Shown piece after piece: positions 55,287 to 64,000 of a stretch of DNA of 64,000 bases (positions within the stretch are counted from its first letter, which is position 1; each line of letters starts with the position of its first letter). The DNA comes from Candidatus Woesearchaeota archaeon. Its GTDB lineage: Archaea > Nanobdellota > Nanobdellia > Woesearchaeales > JACJVW01. The DNA lies in NCBI GenBank assembly GCA_020637435.1, contig JACJVW010000001.1, positions 699,009-763,008 on the forward strand. Reading direction: 5' to 3'. The notes below the pieces were generated by a model, which worked only from the letters and a program-made list of their open reading frames with translations, did no database searches and was not told the origin of the DNA. Made by a program: the position numbers and the translations under genes.

Positions 55287-56434
55287 GAATTTGTTTTGTC
55301 AATCCAACCCTGCTAATTAGGCGACCAATCGCTGAACTGGTAGGCAAGCTTGCACAAGAAAACGACACTGGCGTACTCGTCCCAAGACCGCTCTTTCGAA
55401 AAGTCAATACGGACTGGCACGCTAATGAACATCTGTCTCACGCAAAAATCTATTCCTACGCAGCAATCAACATCCCTTTCATCCGTTTTGAATGGCCTAT
55501 CCCCATAAGTCCCTTCTACTTCATCCATCTCATTACCATCTACCGCAGATATGACGTTATCCATAGCTGGACTTACTTTTACCTAAGTTCAGTCTTTGTG
55601 GCCTTGGCGCGTCTTTGTATGGGCAAGAAATTGATTGTAAGCGCAGATACCCTTCCAGGCTATTCCTTCAACCCAGGCAAAACCACTACGGCATTATTTA
55701 AGATATACACCCGGGTATTCCGTGGCATAGTCTTTGGTCTTGCTGATAAAGTGCATCTCTACGGCAAATCCCTGCTTCGTTTCTCAAGAGTCATAAACGT
55801 CCCCACAAAGAGAATCTCTGTCATCCCCACAGGAATAAACCTTGATAAGTTCAAGTCTGCTAAACCGGCACCCCGAGGCAAACTCGGACTATCTAAGCAG
55901 GATATCGTCTTCTGTTATGCTGGTCTTCTTGTGCCAAGAAAGGGCATTGACATCATCATAAACACCATCGACAAGCTTCGTCATGAAGGACTTCCTGCCA
56001 AAGCACTCATCATAGGTTCCATAATCGGCAACAGTCCTCACGAAAAAATGTACATCAACCTAGTAAAGGAAAAAGGACTGGAAAAAGATATCATATTCAC
56101 CGGATGGAGAAAAGACATCCCGGAACTCTTCAAGGCAAGCGACGTGCTCTTCCTTCCCAGTAGGGGTGAGGGACTGCCGGGTATTGTCATGGAAGGCATG
56201 GCTTGCGGCCTTCCCGTGCTTTCAACAGACATTCCCTGCATCCCCGACTTAGTCCAAAACACCAGGAACGGATACCTCTGCAAACTTGACGACAAATTAG
56301 CATTTCTTCAAGCTGCTAGAAAACTGGTGAACGATAAGAACAGTCGTCAGAATATGGGCAAAGAGTCCATCAAGCTCATAGAAGATTTCTCCTGGGAAAA
56401 CATCCTACCAAGATATATGGAGATGTACAGATGA
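55283..56434 (+). CDS. Family 4 (GT-B) glycosyltransferase
   Basis: C-terminal SRGEGLPGIVMEGMACGLPVLSTD (EX7E region). Confidence 0.75.
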   Translation: MRICFVNPTLLIRRPIAELVGKLAQENDTGVLVPRPLFRKVNTDWHANEHLSHAKIYSYAAINIPFIRFEWPIPISPFYFIHLITIYRRYDVIHSWTYFYLSSVFVALARLCMGKKLIVSADTLPGYSFNPGKTTTALFKIYTRVFRGIVFGLADKVHLYGKSLLRFSRVINVPTKRISVIPTGINLDKFKSAKPAPRGKLGLSKQDIVFCYAGLLVPRKGIDIIINTIDKLRHEGLPAKALIIGSIIGNSPHEKMYINLVKEKGLEKDIIFTGWRKDIPELFKASDVLFLPSRGEGLPGIVMEGMACGLPVLSTDIPCIPDLVQNTRNGYLCKLDDKLAFLQAARKLVNDKNSRQNMGKESIKLIEDFSWENILPRYMEMYR

Positions 56435-57507
56435 ATCCCCACCAAAAGCGAACCCTGCTCTTTGTCATCACCGGTCTAACGCAGGGCGGCGCTGAGCTCC
56501 AGCTCTACAATCTGGTAAAAGAACTAAGGAAGGAAAACAAAATAATTGTCCTCAACTTCTTTGGTGGCCACTACGTACAAGAAATTGCGAGCCTCGGAGT
56601 TAGTGTCATCACCTTCAAAATCAAGTCAAAGTGGTCAGCTCTTACTGCAGTGAACGCAACCATCAAGGTTATAGACAAGGAACGGCCCCATGTGGTCATG
56701 TCCCTCCTCCCGCACGCAAATATAGTAACAAAGCTAGCCATGCTCTTTACTTCTCACACCCCAAAGTACATTTATAGCATAAGGGCAAAAGAAATCAAGG
56801 ATATTTGGCAGCTCGTAGTGGAAAGACTACTTGACTTCACCGCGGACGCAATAACGACCAATGCAAAAGCCACGACTGACTATGTGCAAAAATATTTTCT
56901 CTTTCCAAAAAAGAAAATACACACTATCTGGAACGGCTACGAATTTGCAAAAGCCACGAAACAAAAAGACTTCTTCCCAAAGAGGAAAGTAATTCTTACC
57001 GTAGCAAACGACAAACCGCAAAAGGACTACGCGACCAATCTAAAAACTGCCTCATTGGTATGTGCACAACGTGACGATATAGTGTTTGCTTATGTAGGTG
57101 ACATAGCAGGCAATGCAGGATTCAAAAAAGAAATTGCCAAACTGAAGCTCAAAGACAAAGTGCACCTCCTCGGCAATCGTACTGATGTGCCAAACCTGAT
57201 GGTCTCTTCAGATATCTTCTTTCTTCCCACACTCTACGAAGGCCAGAGCAATGTCCTCATAGAAGCAATGCACTACGGTCTGCCTATCGTAACCACCGAC
57301 CTTGAAGAGAACCATGAAATCCTGGCGGGAGCGGCACTAACGACAAAAACTCGGGACTCTCAGGCAATGTCAAAAGCAATTCTTCGCTTGATTGATGACA
57401 AGAAACTCGCTAAAAATGTAATCCTCAAAGGAAAACAGCAGAGCAAACTCTTCTCACTTGAAAAGCTCGTACTTTCGTACAAGAAGCTACTTCGAAGTAT
57501 CTATTAG
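56431..57507 (+). CDS. Family 4 (GT-B) glycosyltransferase
   Basis: TLYEGQSNVLIEAMHYGLPIVTTD. ATGA overlap with the upstream gene. Confidence 0.75.
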   Translation: MNPHQKRTLLFVITGLTQGGAELQLYNLVKELRKENKIIVLNFFGGHYVQEIASLGVSVITFKIKSKWSALTAVNATIKVIDKERPHVVMSLLPHANIVTKLAMLFTSHTPKYIYSIRAKEIKDIWQLVVERLLDFTADAITTNAKATTDYVQKYFLFPKKKIHTIWNGYEFAKATKQKDFFPKRKVILTVANDKPQKDYATNLKTASLVCAQRDDIVFAYVGDIAGNAGFKKEIAKLKLKDKVHLLGNRTDVPNLMVSSDIFFLPTLYEGQSNVLIEAMHYGLPIVTTDLEENHEILAGAALTTKTRDSQAMSKAILRLIDDKKLAKNVILKGKQQSKLFSLEKLVLSYKKLLRSIY

Positions 57508-58881
57508 TTGCTTCTTCCAGTTATAGGGCGGGTCAAAATGATGATTCTTGTACTTCTGCTTCTCATCGACAATTTTCGGATTGCCCCCTAGGTCTTTTCT
57601 AAGCAGTCCATTCGTCACATGATTTACATGCTCATAGTTAAATCCCATAAGCTTCGTAGCTACATAATCCGTTGCGACAGGATTTCTGCTGGCGAGTATA
57701 ACCTTTGCGTTGATGGGTGACGGATTCAGTGGAGTATCTTTCTCTCCTGCGATAATCCCATCAATAACAGAAAGATACTTTCGCTGCTGAGTTGAATGCA
57801 TCTTTCCCTTCGCATCGGCATACAGCAAAATAGTATTCAAATCAAGAATAGTCCTCCAAAGTGTATCATTGCTTGGATTAGAACCCTTAAACGCAATATG
57901 CACATACTTCTTTCGTACCTTCCTAAGCAGTACTCTGCCTACGCCATTAATGCGTGGTGCATCCCAGATTACCTTGATTATTTTATCGATAAGCGGTGCC
58001 TTCTTCTCATACTCATCAGTATTGATAGTATAATGTGGCATCCAGCTTCGCGGAGAAGTAATCCCAATCATATTCTTCAGGCTGACGGTAACCCCTGTCT
58101 TTTTGTGAGCCTTCATCTTAGGCACATTGATTATGCAGTCTGCGTCAAGTATTGTCTTTGCGATGCCGTAGATATGCTTCCCCTTCGCATGACAATGCAG
58201 CGGATTCTTCGCACTTCTCGCAAGCTGCGTAGAACGTATCTTCTTCCAATAATCAGGTACTTGTTCAAACTCGCTTTTCTCCTGCAAATCAACAACCACA
58301 AAATCTTCCTTCGTCTTGTGCAGCATCCAAAGGCCAAGCTCAAAATGCCCTACACGGAGTGCCATCGTCTTATCCAGCGACTCGTCTCGTAAATCAACAA
58401 TATCGACGGGAACGCTATGCTCCTCACGTAAATACCTCACCGTATCAAGCATACCGTTCTTCTTTATCACATCGTGAAAATCAGTAATATCAATTGGACC
58501 ATCAGCAATAGTAATTCTGCCTCGCCCCTTTAGCGCAAGATACGCGTAATCAATTAATGGCCTGACAACTGAACCGTGGGTAACAGCGCTTTCAAACTGG
58601 CTCTTTGGCAAATTATGTGAATCAACTACAAGATTTGGTTTTATAACAACATTTTGCCCAGGTTTAATAATCTCCTTAAACGGATTCCAGTTATTCTTCC
58701 CATAGTTGCGCTTATCTAGCCCCATATCATACAGACTCTTGCGCACTGCATCATAGACTTCATTCCCCTGTGCAGTCTCAGAAAAAGGATATTCTGGATA
58801 CTTCTTCGATGGATGAAATGGAGCTTCCTTCGGGTACAACTTCTTAGTATACGTAACAGCTACATGCGTAGAATTAATCAT
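57487..58881 (-). CDS. DUF362 domain protein
   Basis: VVIKPNLV and KMKAHKKTGVTVSLKNMIGI motifs. Confidence 0.6.
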   Translation of the reverse strand: MINSTHVAVTYTKKLYPKEAPFHPSKKYPEYPFSETAQGNEVYDAVRKSLYDMGLDKRNYGKNNWNPFKEIIKPGQNVVIKPNLVVDSHNLPKSQFESAVTHGSVVRPLIDYAYLALKGRGRITIADGPIDITDFHDVIKKNGMLDTVRYLREEHSVPVDIVDLRDESLDKTMALRVGHFELGLWMLHKTKEDFVVVDLQEKSEFEQVPDYWKKIRSTQLARSAKNPLHCHAKGKHIYGIAKTILDADCIINVPKMKAHKKTGVTVSLKNMIGITSPRSWMPHYTINTDEYEKKAPLIDKIIKVIWDAPRINGVGRVLLRKVRKKYVHIAFKGSNPSNDTLWRTILDLNTILLYADAKGKMHSTQQRKYLSVIDGIIAGEKDTPLNPSPINAKVILASRNPVATDYVATKLMGFNYEHVNHVTNGLLRKDLGGNPKIVDEKQKYKNHHFDPPYNWKKQLIDTSK

Positions 58882-60164
58882 ATGCTCTTCACCTTTGATA
58901 TGACCGCGCGTACCTTTCCGCTGCGCGACCTCTTAAACTCCTTTACTTTCGCAATCGTAAAAGTAAAGTCCTTCCCAACAGTTTCCTGAATCCTTTTTCT
59001 CAGATCCTTTTCCACAGCATCATCATAGTCATCTCCTGGGATAACGCTGATATCCAATGCTCCTTTCGTATCCTGAATAACCTGATAATGGGCAACCTGC
59101 GGCGTTCTCTTAAACACGACCGTCCAAATCATGGGCGAATGATATCCGCCTTTCTTATCAACAACAAAATCATCGGTTCTTCCCTCAACAAGTTCCATCA
59201 TAGGAAGGCCTCGTCCGCATGAGCACACATGCTTACTGGGAATTCCGATATCGCCAATCTTATATCTGATAAATGGCATGGCATAATTGAACAGGTTGGT
59301 ATAGACTATCTCTCCTTTCTCGCCGTACTTGACAGGCCTGCCATCTGTATCAAGGAACTCCATGACCACACTGTCAACATCCATATGATATCCTTCATGC
59401 CGGGAGCATTCCCAAGCAGTCCTGTTCATTTCAAGGCAGCCGAATAAATCAATCATCTTAACACCAAAGGCCTCCTCTACCAGCTCCCTGGTCTTCGAAT
59501 CAAGCAGCTCGCCAGTACCAAAAACCACTTCAGGTCGTATCTTTGGGTGTCTCTTCTTGCGAAGCTCATAAGCAAGTGCTTTGATGGATGAGGAATATCC
59601 GTCCAGAACTCGTGGCCGGACAGCTGCAATCTGTGGCAACACCTGTGAAATCGGCTTAAATGCATCAACATAATTTGGATTAAGAAAACCCATTTTCTGA
59701 AACAGAAATTTCTTGTCATGCACATGGATGGGGTCTCCAAAAGTCAACCACCTGTCATGGAAACGCAAACCGTTCGCTATGTAAGAGCGCAAATTAATAG
59801 CTTTTGAAAAGTCATCAGCCCTTTCATCATACGCAATCTTTAATGGGATGCCCGTTGAACCACTCGTAGGGCTAACTATGCATTTGGATAAATCAGTTCC
59901 CTTAGACACAATCTCGTCAGGAAATGCGTTGCGCATATCCTCCTTTGTCGTAAGCGGAAGTTTCTGCAAATCATCCACTGTCCTGATATCCTTTGGAAGA
60001 ACACCTGCCTTCCGAAATTGCTTATGGTAAAATTTAACATTATGATAAGCAAAAGCAACAATCGCTCGAAGTCGTTTCTCCTGATAAGCAAGAAGCTTCT
60101 CTCTTGGCCACCACTGCCGTTGTCGGGCAAGATGAAGATGTCTGAATTTGTTTACTAGACTCAT
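58878..60164 (-). CDS. Adenylate-forming ligase, phenylacetate-CoA ligase/CapK/F390-synthetase family
   Basis: SPTSGSTGIPLKIAY AMP-binding motif. The ATG at 60164 (MSLVNKF...) is preferred; alternative TTG at 60212. Confidence 0.7.
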   Translation of the reverse strand: MSLVNKFRHLHLARQRQWWPREKLLAYQEKRLRAIVAFAYHNVKFYHKQFRKAGVLPKDIRTVDDLQKLPLTTKEDMRNAFPDEIVSKGTDLSKCIVSPTSGSTGIPLKIAYDERADDFSKAINLRSYIANGLRFHDRWLTFGDPIHVHDKKFLFQKMGFLNPNYVDAFKPISQVLPQIAAVRPRVLDGYSSSIKALAYELRKKRHPKIRPEVVFGTGELLDSKTRELVEEAFGVKMIDLFGCLEMNRTAWECSRHEGYHMDVDSVVMEFLDTDGRPVKYGEKGEIVYTNLFNYAMPFIRYKIGDIGIPSKHVCSCGRGLPMMELVEGRTDDFVVDKKGGYHSPMIWTVVFKRTPQVAHYQVIQDTKGALDISVIPGDDYDDAVEKDLRKRIQETVGKDFTFTIAKVKEFKRSRSGKVRAVISKVKSI

Positions 60165-60213
60165 AGGTACAGCACTTTCGTAGGCGGAAATGCGCTTAAA
60201 TACTTTACGCAAT

Positions 60214-60351
60214 AAGGGAGCAGTTGTGCGAAGTCGAGAAATGTACGAAAAAGAGTTTTTTCAAATATGCCTCCCTTTACTGTCACCGTAGCAGGTAGTA
60301 CTGTGCATATTTGAAAAAAGAATCATTTCTTGACGTAGCACAACTGCCCTT
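60214..60351. repeat. Long imperfect inverted repeat (nested perfect blocks)
   Basis: TTTTTTCAAATATGC (60256-60270) pairs with GCATATTTGAAAAAA (60305-60319), a 15-bp perfect match. AAGGG(AG)CAGTTGTGC (60214-60229) pairs with GCACAACTGCCCTT (60338-60351). GTCGAGAAATG pairs with CATTTCTTGAC at 10/11. Confidence 0.8.
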
Positions 60352-60501
60352 ATATCGAGGTTTAGTTGGCCAAGAAATACGCTCTTGATCAACAATGGTG
60401 CCTCCTTTGTTGCTAACCTTGTATGTCTGCAATAAAACTGCACCAAACCATAAAAATAATTTGCACAACTCTTATAAACGCCAAATCACGAACTAACGTC
60501 C

Positions 60502-62337
60502 ATGTGCGGAATCGCCGGGTGTAACTGGGAAGACAAGAAACTTATCATGCGCATGGCGGATATGCTGGAACACCGTGGACCCGATGGATTCGGCTATTTC
60601 ACGGACGACTATGTTTCTCTTGCGCATCGCAGGCTCGCTATTCTTGACCTCTCCGAAAAAGGCAAACAGCCGATGTCAGACGCTTCTGGCAGATACTGGA
60701 TTACCTACAACGGCGAAGTCTATAATTTCGCAGAAATTCGTGCTGAATTGGAAACTCACGGACACAGATTCGCTAGTGGCACGGATACAGAAGTCCTCAT
60801 TTACGCTTATATGGAGTGGGGGCAGGACATGCTCTCCAAATTAAACGGCATGTTTGCCTTCTGCATCTACGATACCAAAGAAAAGGCATACTTCCTGGCG
60901 CGGGACCGGATGGGTATCAAACCGCTCTACTACCATCATGAAGCTGACCGGTTCGTATTCGCTAGTGAACTCAAATCAATTCTGGAGGCCGTACCAACCA
61001 AAATCATTAACAAACAGGCAATTAAGGATTATCTCACCTTTGGCTTCATCCAAAGCCCGGGAAGTATATTGCAAGAGGTCAAGACCCTGCGACCAGGCCA
61101 CTTACTTATGTACAAAAATGGACAACTAACCATTCAAAAATACTGGAGCCTTGACTACTCCAAAAAGTTGGAGAAATCTGAAGACTACTTTGAAAAGAAA
61201 ATTATGCAACATCTTGAGCAAAGCGTCGAACGAAGACTGGTAGCGGACGTCCCGGTTGGTTCGTTTCTTTCTGGGGGCATAGACAGCAGCGCCATCAGCA
61301 CATTGCTCGCAAAGCGAAAAGACAATCTCAACACCTTCTCCGTAAGCTTTGACCATGAAGAATTCAATGAATCAGCTTATGCGCAAAGAGTTGCTGAAGA
61401 GATAGGTTCCAACCACCATGAAGTCCAGTTCTCGGGTGAGCAAGTGACCAAGCTTATCCCAAAACTCGCATTCCTCTACGACGAGCCCTTCGCTGACCCC
61501 TCAATGATTCCCACGTACTTAGTTTCAAAAGTCGCAAAAGAGCACGTTACCGTCTCCCTTTCCGGTGACGGGGGGGATGAGTCATTTGCAGGATACTCAC
61601 GTTACGCCTGGTTCAAAATGATGTCCTGGCATAAACATACTCCTGGTGCAATAAGCTCAGGTATTCTTTATCCAGCCGTAACTGCCGCACATCGAATTAC
61701 CGGCTCCCATGCGTTTAAGAAGGGAAAAATTTTCTTTGAAGATGACCAAAATAAGGACCATGAAATCTATGCGAAGATCCTTGCCTACAGCACAAAAAGA
61801 CACAGGGACAAGCTATCTTTACTGCAAAATAAAAACCCATATACCTCATTTGATGCACCTTTCAAAGAAGCACAAGGGGGAGACCGCTTGCTTAATTGCG
61901 ATGTGCAGCGGTATCTTCCCGACAATATTTTGGTTAAGCTTGATAGGGCGTCCATGGGTGTCGGTCTTGAAGGAAGAGTGCCGTTTCTTGACCACGAATT
62001 TATGGAATTCTCTGCAAAGATTCCGTTCCGCTACAAACTCAAAGGCCTGCAGACCAAGAATATACTCAAGAAAGCACTGAAGAACACCTTACCAAAAGAA
62101 ATTATCTACCGGAAAAAACAGGGATTTGGTGTCCCGCTGAAACACTACTTCAAAGATGAACTCAAAGACTATCTTAGTCAGCGGCTTCTGGATAAAGATG
62201 CTAAATACGCAGAGTACGTCAATCAGGAAACCGTGCAAAAACTCTATGACCATCATCAATCTGGACGCGAAGATAACAACTACATACTCTTCAGCCTCCT
62301 CATGCTTGAGGAGTGGTTCCAGAGGTGGGCAAAATGA
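60502..62337 (+). CDS. asnB: Asparagine synthase (glutamine-hydrolysing) family amidotransferase
   Basis: MCGIAG Ntn start. SGGIDSS PP-loop. cttataaac box about 27 nt upstream. Confidence 0.8.
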   Translation: MCGIAGCNWEDKKLIMRMADMLEHRGPDGFGYFTDDYVSLAHRRLAILDLSEKGKQPMSDASGRYWITYNGEVYNFAEIRAELETHGHRFASGTDTEVLIYAYMEWGQDMLSKLNGMFAFCIYDTKEKAYFLARDRMGIKPLYYHHEADRFVFASELKSILEAVPTKIINKQAIKDYLTFGFIQSPGSILQEVKTLRPGHLLMYKNGQLTIQKYWSLDYSKKLEKSEDYFEKKIMQHLEQSVERRLVADVPVGSFLSGGIDSSAISTLLAKRKDNLNTFSVSFDHEEFNESAYAQRVAEEIGSNHHEVQFSGEQVTKLIPKLAFLYDEPFADPSMIPTYLVSKVAKEHVTVSLSGDGGDESFAGYSRYAWFKMMSWHKHTPGAISSGILYPAVTAAHRITGSHAFKKGKIFFEDDQNKDHEIYAKILAYSTKRHRDKLSLLQNKNPYTSFDAPFKEAQGGDRLLNCDVQRYLPDNILVKLDRASMGVGLEGRVPFLDHEFMEFSAKIPFRYKLKGLQTKNILKKALKNTLPKEIIYRKKQGFGVPLKHYFKDELKDYLSQRLLDKDAKYAEYVNQETVQKLYDHHQSGREDNNYILFSLLMLEEWFQRWAK

Positions 62338-63404
62338 GCAAAGTCTGCATGGTCTCAACTTTTGCATATCCCCTATTCCTGGGCACGCAAGGTCTCTATG
62401 GCGGTGCAGAAGTGCAGATGGCTTTGCTGGCAAAAGAGCTAGGTAAGCACCACAAGGAACACGAGATACATATGCTCATAGCTGATGTCGGCCAAAAAAA
62501 GCACCTCGTCGTGGACAATGTCCACCTGCACACCTCGTTCACCCTAAACAAATCACTTTGGAACTATCTAAAAGCTCCCTTCAGTCTCTACAACAAACTA
62601 AAACAGGTTGACCCTGACATAGTCATCCAGCGCGCATACGGTGCTGAGACACTTATCTGCGGCTGGTACGCTAAAAGAAACAACAAGAAATTCATCTATG
62701 CAGTGGCTCATGACAATGACTACAAAGGCTGGCCAGGACTGCATGGCTTCCTCTTCAAATTAGGGTTTAAGTATGCGGACAAATACATTGTCCAAAGCGT
62801 TGAACAAGAACGCGCTCTAAAACCGAAAAACACAGAACTCATAAAAAAAGGAATAGCGCTTGGTACTCCCGCAAAGGGAAAATCATTTCTGTGGGTCGGA
62901 CGTTCAGTCGAATGGAAACAACCCATGCAGTTTCTTGATACAGCAGCTGCTCTTCCTGACCAGCATTTCACGATGGTCTGCCAACGCTCCAATGACCTGC
63001 TCCTCTTCAATCTGCTAAAAGAACGCGCGGCAACTCTTAACAATGTGCAGTTTTTTGAGAATGTTGCATATCCTGAGCTTGAACACATCTACACGCAAGC
63101 TAGAGCACTAATACTTACTTCAAAAAAAGAGGGTGACCTCCCGATGATTTGCCTTGAGGCGATGAGTCATAGCGTGCCAATAATCTCAACCGGCTGCAAC
63201 CCTGATCAGGTATTTGATAAAAATGATTTTGGGATAGTCGAACCTGGCATGAAAGGGATGATCAATCTCTTAAGAAACATGTGCAATGACGACAAGTTGC
63301 ATGCTAATATGGCAAAAGCAGCCAAAGATTATGTGCAAAAGACCTATGCAATGAAAGACTGCGCAGATGCCTGGTCAAGAGTCATCTCCAATATCACATC
63401 GTGA
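62334..63404 (+). CDS. Family 4 (GT-B) glycosyltransferase
   Basis: The ATG at 62334 overlaps the asnB stop (ATGA). SKKEGDLPMICLEAMSHSVPIISTG. Confidence 0.7.
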   Translation: MSKVCMVSTFAYPLFLGTQGLYGGAEVQMALLAKELGKHHKEHEIHMLIADVGQKKHLVVDNVHLHTSFTLNKSLWNYLKAPFSLYNKLKQVDPDIVIQRAYGAETLICGWYAKRNNKKFIYAVAHDNDYKGWPGLHGFLFKLGFKYADKYIVQSVEQERALKPKNTELIKKGIALGTPAKGKSFLWVGRSVEWKQPMQFLDTAAALPDQHFTMVCQRSNDLLLFNLLKERAATLNNVQFFENVAYPELEHIYTQARALILTSKKEGDLPMICLEAMSHSVPIISTGCNPDQVFDKNDFGIVEPGMKGMINLLRNMCNDDKLHANMAKAAKDYVQKTYAMKDCADAWSRVISNITS

Positions 63405-64000
63405 TGGTATAGATGCTCTTATGACCATTCGTAAGATTTCTGTTTAGCAGCATAAGCGGATTAAGAACCACTACGAGTATAGCGAGCATGCATACATGCA
63501 CCCATCCACGAACTGATTCTTTTCTATACCGTTTCAAATATCCCCAAAAGCTGCCGTAATGGTCAAGTCTTCGTATGCGCAGCTTATTGAGTTCAATAAA
63601 TAAACTAAAAGCCGAATGGAAAATGGGGTTGACATGATCTCCAAGCTTTGGGGGGTCAATAAACAACGTCGGATATCCGGTTATCAAGTTGTCCAGCCGT
63701 GCCATAAAAGAATGCAGGTTTGGTGTCGTAAGGATGCAAATGCCTTTTGGTGCCAGAAGTTTTCTGATGTTCGCAAGGAAATTATCAGTAGAGTACACAT
63801 GTTCAAGCACTTCAATAGTGACGACCACATCAAACGGCTTTCCAAATCTCTTAAGTATTTTTGAGGCAAAGTCAGGCTTGTTAAAATCAGACCGCATAAA
63901 CGGAACTTCATCCTTTAGTTTGTAATCGGTATAATAGTCAACAGCAAAAATAGACGTATAACCCAAAGATAACAGTTGTTCCTCAAACGCTCCTTCTCCC
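63394..64000 (-). CDS. Class I SAM-dependent methyltransferase, 5' end beyond window
   Basis: The frame stays open to base 64000. The upstream in-frame codons read GEGAFEEQLLSLGY, the tail of a GCGxG motif I. FDVVVTIEVLEHV is motif II/III. Confidence 0.7.
   Translation of the reverse strand, partial: GEGAFEEQLLSLGYTSIFAVDYYTDYKLKDEVPFMRSDFNKPDFASKILKRFGKPFDVVVTIEVLEHVYSTDNFLANIRKLLAPKGICILTTPNLHSFMARLDNLITGYPTLFIDPPKLGDHVNPIFHSAFSLFIELNKLRIRRLDHYGSFWGYLKRYRKESVRGWVHVCMLAILVVVLNPLMLLNRNLTNGHKSIYTITM

Overview
Everything here was read by eye with no search tools, so family calls rest on motifs I could see; RNA ends are +/- a few nt and several start codons are judgement calls. The window looks like an archaeal chromosomal segment, probably from a small-genome DPANN-like lineage (lineage is inference). 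The archaeal markers are AglB/STT3 with a WWDFG motif, a geranylgeranyl reductase, an archaellin-family gene, an intron-containing tRNA-Trp, a stand-alone 5S rRNA, and TTTATA-type boxes about 27 nt upstream of many start codons. I support about 60 protein genes, one 5S rRNA and one tRNA. I saw no transposase, integrase or CRISPR array.

The main signal is 18 ORFs that start with an archaeal class III (prepilin-type) signal: a short basic N-terminus, then [KR][GA], then a hydrophobic helix of about 20 residues. They fall into four places:
- **Block A (4764-7351):** four genes translationally coupled to a giant Ca-binding adhesin-like gene (1-4767).
- **Block B (10638-18694):** twelve genes inside a co-directional, overlapping locus running 10638-21176. 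Their C-terminal cargo varies: 6-Cys knobs, TPR-like, TSP3-like Ca loops, and a LAS/M15 (VanY-type SxHxxGxAxD) peptidase.
- **Two solitary genes:** a pilin (42775) and an archaellin-like gene (35474).

No pilus ATPase, platform protein or prepilin peptidase lies in the window. I flag Block B as a candidate pilus- or pseudopilus-displayed surface/host-contact system.

Other content:
- Housekeeping genes: GTPase, Ski2-like helicase, ABC exporter, AK6/Fap7, NFACT, DUF99.
- A glmM-glmU-glmS operon, plus ugd and a sugar nucleotidyltransferase.
- Two large surface proteins.
- An aglB-linked glycan island. AglB carries a C-terminal parvulin (PpiC) domain.

DNA-level oddities:
- A swarm of 20 GTCCT pentamers with four copies of the palindrome GGACATGTCC, in and around a coiled-coil/HTH gene.
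- Direct repeats upstream of a second coiled-coil/wHTH gene.
- A long imperfect inverted repeat at 60214-60351.
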